Position numbers and translations under genes: made by a program. From Patescibacteria group bacterium (GTDB taxonomy: Bacteria > Patescibacteriota > Minisyncoccia > Phycocordibacterales > Phycocordibacteraceae), in the NCBI GenBank assembly GCA_038064695.1, contig JBBTSO010000004.1, positions 114,165-178,164 on the forward strand: a DNA stretch of 64,000 nt, in the 5' to 3' direction. Within the stretch, counting starts at the first letter, position 1. The number at the start of each line of letters is the position of its first letter. Below the pieces are notes generated by a model. It made no database searches, had not been told where the DNA came from, and saw only the letters and a program-made list of their open reading frames with translations. Positions 54,859-63,490 of the stretch are shown in pieces.

Positions 54859-57552
54859 ATGCCACCTTTCAATAATTTCACGACGAAAGCAAAAGAAGCA
54901 GTTCGCAAAGCGCACGAACTTGCCATTGAGCGCGGGCAGAATCAAGTGACATCACTTCACATGGTGTTGGCGCTCATTTTGCAAGAAGAGTCACTCATTC
55001 TCTCTATTTTAGAGCGTCTCGACGTTGATACGGTGCTCCTTACGGACTCGCTCATTGAACTTTTAGAAATGCCACCCGCAGGTGGGACACTCTCACCGAG
55101 TTACCAACTCTACTTAACACCTGATCTCGCGCAAGCACTTGAAGGATCGGTAAAAATCGCGGCATCACTCGGCGAATCCTTCGTATCGGTAGAGCACATT
55201 TTCCTTGGCGCGCTGCAACACCCAGGTCCCGCAGCAGAAGTATTTAGTCGTTTCCGCATTGACCGCAACGCGGTGATGTCAGTTATGCAAGAGTTTAAGG
55301 CAGGACACACCACCGAGGTTGAAGCACCGAAAAAATTTCGCGCGTTGCCTAAATACACGAGGAATCTCACTAAACTTGCGAGTGAAAATAAATTAGACCC
55401 GGTTATTGGGCGCGATCCCGAAATTGCTCGCATCATACAAATTTTGTCTCGCCGCACTAAAAATAACCCAATGTTAATTGGTGAAGCAGGGGTGGGAAAA
55501 ACCGCCATTGCAGAAGGCCTCGCGCAGCGAATGGCAAGTAACGATGTCCCTGAGTCGTTAAAGAATAAAGAGTTGTTGACGCTTGACCTAGGGCTCTTGA
55601 TTGCGGGAACAAAGTATCGCGGAGAATTTGAAGAGCGTCTCAAAGCAATTATGAAAGAGGTAGAGAAGTCAGACGGGAAAGTCATTCTTTTTATTGATGA
55701 AATCCATACGTTGGTTGGCGCGGGAGCCGCTGAGGGCGCGATGGACGCATCAAATATGTTAAAGCCAGCGCTCGCGCGTGGCGACTTGCGCGTCATTGGT
55801 GCAACAACCTTGAAGGAGTATCAGCAACACATTGAGCGCGACCCTGCGCTCACGCGTCGCTTTCAACCCGTCCACGTGCAAGAACCATCAACGGAAGACG
55901 CGGTAGCTATTTTACGTGGGTTACGAGAAAAGTATGAACTTTACCACGGTGTCAGAATTACTGACGATGCTATCGTCGGCGCGGTAGAACTTTCCAGCCG
56001 CTACATTAGCGATCGGTTCCTTCCTGATAAAGCGGTCGATTTGATTGATGAAGCGGCGTCGGCACTTCGTATCGCGCTTGAAAATAAACCGGCAGCACTT
56101 GAAGAAACCGATCGAAAAATCCGTCGACTCGAAATTGAACTTGCCGCGCTCAAAAAAGACGAAGCGGAAGACTTAGGTAAAAATACTAAAACGCGGATTA
56201 AAGATATAGAAAAGGAAATTGTTGAGGTGCGTGAAAAAACCGCGGAGCTTGAAGTGAAGTGGAAAAATGAAAAAGAGGTTTTGAATGCGATAGGAAAGTT
56301 AAAGAAAGAAATTGATCAACTAAAAGCGGAGGCAGATGGCGCTGAGGCGAGGGCTGACTTGGCTCGTACAGCCGAAATTCGGTATGGGAAGTTGCCCGAC
56401 CTAGAAAAAGAACTTGAAAAAGAGTTAGGACGGTTAAAGCGTTTCCACCGTTCACGTCGCGTACTTAAAGAAGAGGTGACCGAGATTGATATTGCGGAAG
56501 TGGTGTCACGTTGGACGGGTGTTCCCGTATCACGCATGTTGGAAGCCGAAGCGCAAAAGCTGGCCCGCATGGAAGAGGAATTAAAAACTCAGGTGGTGGG
56601 GCAAGAGGACGCGGTACGACTCGTGTCAGACGCGGTGAAACGTTCTCGCGTTGGTATTGCAGACCCTAACAAACCCATTGGTTCGTTCCTTTTCCTAGGT
56701 CCTACGGGAGTGGGGAAGACAGAACTTTCAAAATCACTCGCGCGGTTTATGTTTGACGATGAGAACGCCATCATCCGTGTTGATATGTCTGAGTTTATGG
56801 AGAAGCATTCCGTGTCAAAAATGATTGGTTCGCCGCCCGGGTACGTAGGGCATGAAGAGGGAGGATCTTTGACTGAAAAAGTACGTCATCGACCGTACTC
56901 CGTTATTCTTTTTGACGAAATTGAAAAAGCGCACCCAGAAATATTCAACATTTTGTTGCAGGTTTTGGATAACGGCCAGTTAACTGACGCTAAGGGGCGA
57001 AGGGTGAACTTCAAAAATTCTATTGTTATCTTAACGAGCAACATCGGCGCGGAATTCATAGATAAAATGTCGTCGTTTGGTTTCTCGTCAGCACAAGGTG
57101 GAGACCATGGCGAATACGAGTTAGTGAAAGAAAAGGTGATGAGTAAACTCAAAGATTACTTTAGGCCGGAGTTCCTCAACCGCCTTGACGAAATTATTCT
57201 CTTCAACATTCTCTCGGAAGCAGCTATTCGTGACATTGTACAAATGCAAATTGAGATTGTAAAAAGTCGGCTTAAGGCAAAAGACATTGCGCTTGAGGTT
57301 ACGCCCGAAGTCTACGACTTTCTTGCAAAAGAAGGCTACAACCCACAGTACGGCGCGCGACCGCTGAAACGCCTCATTCAATCAAAAATCTTAACCCCCG
57401 TCGCCTCGTTTATGATTAGCCGCGGGGTAATGGAAGGTGGCGGCGTTACTGTCGGACTCCAGGGTAAAGAGTTTGTGTTTGATGTCGTCAAAAGCGCGCG
57501 TGCAAGTAAGCCACGTCGTCAGAAAACGGTCGCTGCTTCAAAAGCGGTCTAA
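54859..57552 (+). CDS. clpB: Chaperone ClpB
   Basis: Two AAA modules ([16 protein letters not shown]), long middle coiled coil, GARPL. Confidence 0.93.
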   Translation: MPPFNNFTTKAKEAVRKAHELAIERGQNQVTSLHMVLALILQEESLILSILERLDVDTVLLTDSLIELLEMPPAGGTLSPSYQLYLTPDLAQALEGSVKIAASLGESFVSVEHIFLGALQHPGPAAEVFSRFRIDRNAVMSVMQEFKAGHTTEVEAPKKFRALPKYTRNLTKLASENKLDPVIGRDPEIARIIQILSRRTKNNPMLIGEAGVGKTAIAEGLAQRMASNDVPESLKNKELLTLDLGLLIAGTKYRGEFEERLKAIMKEVEKSDGKVILFIDEIHTLVGAGAAEGAMDASNMLKPALARGDLRVIGATTLKEYQQHIERDPALTRRFQPVHVQEPSTEDAVAILRGLREKYELYHGVRITDDAIVGAVELSSRYISDRFLPDKAVDLIDEAASALRIALENKPAALEETDRKIRRLEIELAALKKDEAEDLGKNTKTRIKDIEKEIVEVREKTAELEVKWKNEKEVLNAIGKLKKEIDQLKAEADGAEARADLARTAEIRYGKLPDLEKELEKELGRLKRFHRSRRVLKEEVTEIDIAEVVSRWTGVPVSRMLEAEAQKLARMEEELKTQVVGQEDAVRLVSDAVKRSRVGIADPNKPIGSFLFLGPTGVGKTELSKSLARFMFDDENAIIRVDMSEFMEKHSVSKMIGSPPGYVGHEEGGSLTEKVRHRPYSVILFDEIEKAHPEIFNILLQVLDNGQLTDAKGRRVNFKNSIVILTSNIGAEFIDKMSSFGFSSAQGGDHGEYELVKEKVMSKLKDYFRPEFLNRLDEIILFNILSEAAIRDIVQMQIEIVKSRLKAKDIALEVTPEVYDFLAKEGYNPQYGARPLKRLIQSKILTPVASFMISRGVMEGGGVTVGLQGKEFVFDVVKSARASKPRRQKTVAASKAV

Positions 57553-57611
57553 ATAGTGTTATTCTAGCTTTTAGTTGTTAGGTTTCTTTAGCAACTAGAC
57601 CTATACGTAAT

Positions 57612-57695
57612 GCGTCGATGGCGGAGTGGTCAATCGCAACAGACTGTAAATCTGTCGCCCTACGGGCTACGGAGGTTCGAATCCTCCTCGGCGCA
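57612..57695 (+). tRNA. tRNA-Tyr(GTA)
   Basis: ACAGA-CT GTA AA-TCTGT, variable arm. Confidence 0.95.
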
Positions 57696-57857
57696 CAAAT
57701 TAAAAATCTGAACTCCCGTTCGGTATTTTAATTTGTGCCACACGAAGAAAGGTATTTGCATACCTTTCGTGGAGGATTCGAAGGTGGTTGAGCATATGAG
57801 CGAACGTAAGTGAAGCGAATGCGAAACCCGTACCGTTCCCGTAGGGAAGAAATCCTT

Positions 57858-58448
57858 CTACTTTGTTTTATATCGCCATGTGACTTCCGACACCGCGTCT
57901 CCTGATTTAAATGCAACAAGCACTTTTGGTTTAATACCCGTCTCTTTTTCTATCCGTTCGCTCCCGTCGTAATCTTCCTTTCGAGCAACGGCGAAAATAT
58001 CAAGAATTTCTACGCTTGCTTCTCGGAGGAGATGCACCATCGCAATAATGGTGCCACCGGTGTCTATCATATCTTCCACAATAACTGCCTTCTTTAGCTC
58101 CGGGGTAATGCCGTTTAAGTACAAACTACCCTTAGTGTAGGCGTTTCTAAAATCAACGTGGAGTTCGCCTTCAAACCCACTTGGGTTCCACTTGGTTAAG
58201 GTAAATGGTTTCTGCCACGGCACCGAAAAGAGGGAACAGATGTACCCACCACGATCTTCTTCACCAATCAAAAAGTCCGCATCAGCGTGATTTATAAGGT
58301 GCGATGCTTCATCAATAATTTGAGAAAGGAGTTCAGGGCGTGTAATAGGCACGTGGTCGGTGAGCGGGTTTACACAGTATTTTTTTCCCGAAACTACCTG
58401 AATCTGCCTGTTATGAAATGCATCGTGAATATGGTCTGTCGTGTTCAT
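57858..58448 (-). CDS. Purine phosphoribosyltransferase (archaeal Hpt-like)
   Basis: VNPLTDHVP; VIVEDMIDTGGT PRPP-binding loop. Confidence 0.75.
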   Translation of the reverse strand: MNTTDHIHDAFHNRQIQVVSGKKYCVNPLTDHVPITRPELLSQIIDEASHLINHADADFLIGEEDRGGYICSLFSVPWQKPFTLTKWNPSGFEGELHVDFRNAYTKGSLYLNGITPELKKAVIVEDMIDTGGTIIAMVHLLREASVEILDIFAVARKEDYDGSERIEKETGIKPKVLVAFKSGDAVSEVTWRYKTK

Positions 58449-58515
58449 ACAAATTCCATTGATAGTAACAGAGGAGTACCCTTTTTCAAAGGAATGATAT
58501 AGGATAGGAGACACT

Positions 58516-58800
58516 ATGGGACTTGCTCATGCGTATGAGAGAAAGAGTTTTTTACCAGCATTTAATTCTCCTGCAGGTCTTTTACTGATTTTTGGTGGAG
58601 CGTACATTGCGCTCAGTGCAGTATTAATGGGGATAGCAGAGTTTACCGAAAACCAGTCAGCGTTAGAGGAGATGGGGTATCATCGTTGTGCTTGCGAAAA
58701 TGAATATCACGATTGCTACGTTATTTTGACACCAATTTACCCGTTTCCAACCTGCGCTACATGCACCTTTGGACAATGCTATTTAAAATACCACGCGTAG
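58516..58800 (+). CDS. Orphan TM protein with Cys-rich C-terminus
   Basis: TM helix plus 6 Cys. Confidence 0.45.
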   Translation: MGLAHAYERKSFLPAFNSPAGLLLIFGGAYIALSAVLMGIAEFTENQSALEEMGYHRCACENEYHDCYVILTPIYPFPTCATCTFGQCYLKYHA

Positions 58801-58869
58801 TCCTACCTACTTTTTCATCTTCCACTTTAAACACGGGAAGGGAGTATTTGACAGGGTATACTGGACACT

Positions 58870-59814
58870 ATGAAAAAGGCACTTATTTTCTTAGGGGTGT
58901 TTCTGTTCCTTTTAGCTCCTGGAGTTGTGTTTGCAGAATCATTTTTAGGTCCGATTGTTCCCGTTGAAATCCAGGAAGGGGGTCCGTATCTACAGGGGTG
59001 TGATTTAGTTAAACTTTTTGACAGTGCTCTAAAATTTGCTGTTGGTTTCGCCACTATGGTTGCGACGTTGATGTTTGCCTACGCAGGGTTTCTGTATGTG
59101 ACGGCTGCATCAAAGCCGGAAAATTTAAATCAAGCTAAAAGTGTTTTTGGTAACGTCTTTACGGGATTCATCATCATTCTCATCGCGTGGCTCGTTGTTG
59201 ATCTTATTATGTCGGTGTTCGTTGATGAGAAAAAAATAGGACCGTGGAATCAAATTTCCTGCGTTGAAAGACCAGCTCAGCCATACTACCCAGACTCTGG
59301 AACAATAGATTCAAGTTTGCCAGGAGATCAAACGCAGTGGACTTTAGAGGATCAACAGCGCGCGAAACTTGCTGCCGCGGGCGTTCAATGGAATAACTCT
59401 CCTTGTACTGGTGGTGCTACGACTGGTTGCACCAATCTCGCTAGAACAAGTTCGGATACTATTGACTACGTCATTGAAACTAAAAAACAGTGTGACAGTG
59501 CAACCGGAAGTTCTTGTCAGGTGGTAGTTTCCGGTGGGAGCGAGGGCGGACACGCTGGGGGGTCTAACCCCGGTTCACATGGCGCGGGCGACAAGGTAGA
59601 TTTGCGGGCAACGCCAGATTTAAATAGCTACGTTGATAAACAAATTACCGCAGGGACATTCACGAAAGTAGAAGATCCAAAATTTGGAGAGAGTCAGTAC
59701 ATTGATACGAAAACGGGATCCGTGTGGACCTATGAAAAAGGTGATTCTGGCGAATATGATCACTACGATATCTGCACTTCAAACTGTGCTGCCCCCGCGG
59801 CTCAAGGGAGTTGA
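58870..59814 (+). CDS. VirB2-like pilin fused to a Cys-rich peptidase M15/Hedgehog-like domain
   Basis: N-terminal [31 protein letters not shown]; C-terminal [21 protein letters not shown]. Confidence 0.65.
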   Translation: MKKALIFLGVFLFLLAPGVVFAESFLGPIVPVEIQEGGPYLQGCDLVKLFDSALKFAVGFATMVATLMFAYAGFLYVTAASKPENLNQAKSVFGNVFTGFIIILIAWLVVDLIMSVFVDEKKIGPWNQISCVERPAQPYYPDSGTIDSSLPGDQTQWTLEDQQRAKLAAAGVQWNNSPCTGGATTGCTNLARTSSDTIDYVIETKKQCDSATGSSCQVVVSGGSEGGHAGGSNPGSHGAGDKVDLRATPDLNSYVDKQITAGTFTKVEDPKFGESQYIDTKTGSVWTYEKGDSGEYDHYDICTSNCAAPAAQGS

Positions 59815-59846
59815 TTTTTGAACCTCTTTCAGGTAATATTGCTCAC

Positions 59847-60005
59847 ATGTCACAAGATAACCTCACTAAACTCAAATCTTCCGCTACGGGCCGGATTATC
59901 TGGACCCGTAAGAATAAGAAGAAACTTGCCAATCACAAATTGGAGCTAAAGAAGTACGACCCTGTTACTCGAAAACACGTTACCTATAAAGAGGTGAAGA
60001 AGTAA
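59847..60005 (+). CDS. rpmG: 50S ribosomal protein L33 (no zinc-binding Cys)
   Basis: TRKNKKK...[19 protein letters not shown]. Confidence 0.92.
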   Translation: MSQDNLTKLKSSATGRIIWTRKNKKKLANHKLELKKYDPVTRKHVTYKEVKK

Positions 60006-60203
60006 GAAATCCTCGATTTCTTGCCTGCATCCTCGGCTCGGAAATAGAAATTATTCTATTTCTCTCGCCCTATGTCGCAGGTAGAAGCCCTTTGAAAAGG
60101 ACTTTTTTTAACGTACACTCATACATATTGGGCCTGATAGGCAAAGCTTGTAGGCCCATCGTTCGGGAAAAATGAAAATAAATTTTCATTTTCTTCCTCT
60201 CTC

Positions 60204-60274
60204 GGGCCTATAGTTCAATGGTAGAATTACGGTCTCCAAAACCGTCGATCATGGTTCGAATCCATGTGGGCCCG
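60204..60274 (+). tRNA. tRNA-Trp(CCA)
   Basis: ACGGT-CT CCA AA-ACCGT. Confidence 0.95.
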
Positions 60275-60463
60275 CCTGACTAAAAGCAGCACCTACGTGC
60301 TGTTTTTTTGTACAGGCGGGGGTCGGAGCGATGTCGTCCATTTTGGACGAAACCTTCACCTGTCTATGCAGGGACGTATGCTACCTGCTGTCGCATACGT
60401 CGGGTCGCGAGCACTTAGCATTTTACGAATTCTTGAAGTAAAATACTTAGTGACTCGTGACCG
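60271..60463 (+). repeat. Structured tRNA-Trp trailer with GGGTCG...GTGACC module
   Basis: Fold-back on the 3' end, GTCGGAGCGATG, module 60402-60462 closely similar to 24943-25004. Confidence 0.7.
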
Positions 60464-60487
60464 CCGACTAACGTAAAATATACAACT

Positions 60488-60874
60488 ATGGCAAAACCAA
60501 AATCAAAGGGAGGGTTCGGGCACATTATGGACGCGTTTGGCTACTCTCTCCAGGGGGTGACTGCCATGTGGAAGCGTGAGGAGTCTTTTCGCCTTGAAAT
60601 TATTATCTACTCTCCTTTCATTCTTGTCGCGTTGTTTCTTGGAGAAACGTACGTGGAAAAAGCGTTACTTATTGGCTCTGTGTTCTTTATTTTTTTTGCG
60701 GAACTTACTAACTCAGCAATTGAAGCGATTGTGGACCGCATAGGAGATGACATTCACCCGCTGTCTCGCATTGCAAAAGATTCTGGCTCGGCAGTGGTAA
60801 TGAGCGCGATGGTTATTTTTTGGCTTCTGTGGGTTGCGACTTTTGCAGACCGCTTTCTTCCTCGCTTTTTTTAA
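60488..60874 (+). CDS. dgkA: Diacylglycerol kinase
   Basis: YSLQG..EESFRLE..ELTNSAIEAIVD..AKDSGSAVV. Confidence 0.92.
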   Translation: MAKPKSKGGFGHIMDAFGYSLQGVTAMWKREESFRLEIIIYSPFILVALFLGETYVEKALLIGSVFFIFFAELTNSAIEAIVDRIGDDIHPLSRIAKDSGSAVVMSAMVIFWLLWVATFADRFLPRFF

Positions 60875-61781
60875 GGAACGTCTCACATTCTTTGTATATG
60901 CGCGAGTAGTCTTCTTTCGGGTGAAACCACTGTATGTCTTTGTTTTTCTTAAACCACGTCATTTGCCTTTTTGCGTATCGGTAAATGTCTCGGCGAAGAT
61001 TTTCTTCCATTTCTTTCTCAGTAATTTCTCCTTTCAGTAGTTTTGCAAGGGCACGATATTCAAGTCCCAACGTTTCCATACGTTCATACGAAAGCCCACC
61101 CTGGTGGAGCGTATGCGCTTCTTTAACCATACCGTCGTTCATTCGTTCACGAAGCCGCTCAGCAATATTTTTTTTCAATTCCTCTCGAGGGAGTGTTAGC
61201 CCTATCCACAGTAAGTTGTAAGTTGTAGGTTGTAGGGTAGAGGCTTTGGGAGACAGTTTTCTGTGTGTAGGCGATGCATGAGCGATTTCAAGAGCGCGAA
61301 CGAGTCGGCGAGGGTTTTTTTGATCTACCGTTTCAAAGCGTGCAGGATTCATTTTTCTTAGCATTTTTTGTAGTACTTCCAGTGGTTGTTGTTCTAATTC
61401 AGCCCTCAGTTCTTGATTAGGGACAACTGATGCAAGCAATAGACGCCCCAGGAGCGCATCAATGTAGAAACCACTTCCGCCAACCACGAAAGGAATGTGA
61501 CTTCGCTCACGTATGTCGCGAAGTGCGCGTCCTCCGTCCTCAATAAAATCAGAGGCGGTGTACACCACTTTGGGATCGGCAACGTCAGTCAGGTGGTGGG
61601 GAATTCCCCTCGTTTCATTGGGTTTAATTTTCCCCGTTCCTAAATCCAGTCCGCGATAGACTTGTCGCGCGTCTCCCGAAACAACTTCACCGTGGAATGC
61701 CTCGGCAAGGTCAAGGGAAAGACCCGTTTTTCCTGATGACGTGGGGCCTACAATGCAGATCACATTCTCTAGTGGTACCAT
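60813..61781 (-). CDS. miaA: tRNA dimethylallyltransferase
   Basis: GPTSSGKT, DARQVYRG, VGGSGFY, RRLVRALE, YAKRQMTWF. Confidence 0.95.
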   Translation of the reverse strand: MVPLENVICIVGPTSSGKTGLSLDLAEAFHGEVVSGDARQVYRGLDLGTGKIKPNETRGIPHHLTDVADPKVVYTASDFIEDGGRALRDIRERSHIPFVVGGSGFYIDALLGRLLLASVVPNQELRAELEQQPLEVLQKMLRKMNPARFETVDQKNPRRLVRALEIAHASPTHRKLSPKASTLQPTTYNLLWIGLTLPREELKKNIAERLRERMNDGMVKEAHTLHQGGLSYERMETLGLEYRALAKLLKGEITEKEMEENLRRDIYRYAKRQMTWFKKNKDIQWFHPKEDYSRIYKECETFLKKSEEESGLQKSQPTEAKK

Positions 61782-61822
61782 GTAGTGATAGTATAGACGT
61801 ATATTAAAAATCACAAAGACCT

Positions 61823-62464
61823 ATGGCGAAACACGATGACGTACACGAGGAGGAAATGAGCGGCTTTGTTAGCTTAATAAAAGTGGGGCACCCAGTCCCT
61901 GATTTTGAATTTGAAGTATTTCACAAAGAAAAAGTATCGTCCATGCGCTTTTCAGACTTGAAAGGGAAGTGGGTTATTCTCTTTTTCTACCCCGCCGATT
62001 TCACTTTCGTGTGTCCTACGGAGTTGGAAGAACTCGCAAACTGTTATGAGGAGTGCACGGGACTTGACGCAGAAATTGTTTCTGTATCAACTGATACGGT
62101 GTTTACACACAAAGCGTGGCACGACACCTCACCCGCAATTAAGAAAATTAATTTCCCTATGGCTGCGGATCCTTCAGGAAAACTCTCTATTGCTTTTGGT
62201 ACGTACATTGAAAGTGAATCACTGAATCACGTAGAGGATGAGGGACTCTCACTTCGTGGGACATTTATTATTGACCCTGACGGTATTCTTCGCGCTATGG
62301 AGGTCAATGACAACTCCATCGGTCGCTCAGCGCGCGAGTTGGTGCGAAAACTGAAAGCCGCTCAGTACGTACGCGCGCACGGTGGTCAGGTATGTCCTGC
62401 AAGTTGGGAAGAGGGTGATGATACTTTGAAGGGTGGCGACCTTTCACTCGTGGGGAAGATATAA
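61823..62464 (+). CDS. ahpC: 2-Cys peroxiredoxin
   Basis: FFYPADFTFVCPTE, GR, VCPASW. Confidence 0.95.
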   Translation: MAKHDDVHEEEMSGFVSLIKVGHPVPDFEFEVFHKEKVSSMRFSDLKGKWVILFFYPADFTFVCPTELEELANCYEECTGLDAEIVSVSTDTVFTHKAWHDTSPAIKKINFPMAADPSGKLSIAFGTYIESESLNHVEDEGLSLRGTFIIDPDGILRAMEVNDNSIGRSARELVRKLKAAQYVRAHGGQVCPASWEEGDDTLKGGDLSLVGKI

Positions 62465-62509
62465 GGGGACAGCATTCAGCAATGAGCATTCAGTCTTCCT
62501 GGAGAGTGG

Positions 62510-63175
62510 CTAGTTGTTAGTTTTTAGTGTAGCAAGAATATCCTCAAGCGCCTGACGTGGGTCAGGTGCTTTTGTTATGGGGCGACCAATCACTAGTAGG
62601 TTGGCGCCTTCTACGACTGCTTCGCGCGCGGTCATGGTGCGTTTCTGATCGTCAGTTGTTTTTACTTCTCGGATACCAGGAGTGATAACGTTGAGTGTGG
62701 AGTTTACTTGTTTCACTATGTTAATTTCATGAGGAGAACATACTATGTTTTTTACACCAGCCTCAGAGGCAAGGGTGCTGAGTCGGCGAACCATCTCTTC
62801 CGCGGACGCGTTATAGGTGTGCGCAACCTCTTGCTCATCTAACGAAGTGAGAATGGTAATAGCGGTGATTTTGTCGCCTCCCTGCTTTACGGCCTCTTTC
62901 AACATTTCAACTCCTCCTGACGCGTGTACGGTAATTAAATCAGCGCCTTTTTCAACGAGCGCGTGAACCTCAGCACCTACGGTGGTGGGAGTATCGTGAA
63001 ATTTGAAATCAACAAATACTTTGCCGAATTTTTTAAACTCTTGAATAAGTCCAAAGCCCTCTCGAAGAATATGTTCGTGTATTTTATACCCCCACACTAG
63101 TCCTTGTGTTTCTTCAGCGAGTGACAACGCTTCCTTAGTGGTTAATCCGTCAAGCGCAATAATTATGTTTTTCAT
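62510..63175 (-). CDS. pyrF: Orotidine 5'-phosphate decarboxylase
   Basis: IIALD, DFKFHDTPTT, TVHASGG, TPGIR, DDQKR, VIGRPI. Confidence 0.95.
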   Translation of the reverse strand: MKNIIIALDGLTTKEALSLAEETQGLVWGYKIHEHILREGFGLIQEFKKFGKVFVDFKFHDTPTTVGAEVHALVEKGADLITVHASGGVEMLKEAVKQGGDKITAITILTSLDEQEVAHTYNASAEEMVRRLSTLASEAGVKNIVCSPHEINIVKQVNSTLNVITPGIREVKTTDDQKRTMTAREAVVEGANLLVIGRPITKAPDPRQALEDILATLKTNN

Positions 63176-63364
63176 AGTGCCCAGGGAGGGAATCGGTCAC
63201 TGATAATTTTACTACGTAAAATTTCATCGACCCCGCCTCGACAGCGTCCCGATAACGGGACGGCTTTGCGTCTCCGGCTTTCTCCTCCCCCTATGGTAGC
63301 AAAATAATAGTCGCCGAACACGTTCGTGTCCGGCTCGTTTATTTAGTGCCCAGGGAGGGAATCG
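63175..63364 (-). repeat. 21-bp direct repeat of the tRNA-Leu(CAA) 3' end bracketing a ~148-bp structured insert with a GGGTCG...GTGACC module
   Basis: TAGTGCCCAGGGAGGGAATCG at 63175-63195 and 63344-63364; module 63195-63234. Confidence 0.8.
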
Positions 63365-63430
63365 AACCCTCATGACCTTGCGATCGCAGGATTTTGAGTC
63401 CTGTGCGTCTACCAATTCCGCCACCTGGGC
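63347..63430 (-). tRNA. tRNA-Leu(CAA)
   Basis: CAGGA-CT CAA AA-TCCTG, variable arm. Confidence 0.95.
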
Positions 63431-63490
63431 GCGGATTTCACTATCGTACTTTGGATTTTGTTTGCTGTCTATCGTGGTACAATTTTCTCT

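Noticed and set aside
55110-55796. Long antisense ORFs opposite clpB, gyrA, valS, infB and others
   Set aside because: Shadow frames of well-supported genes with no motifs of their own
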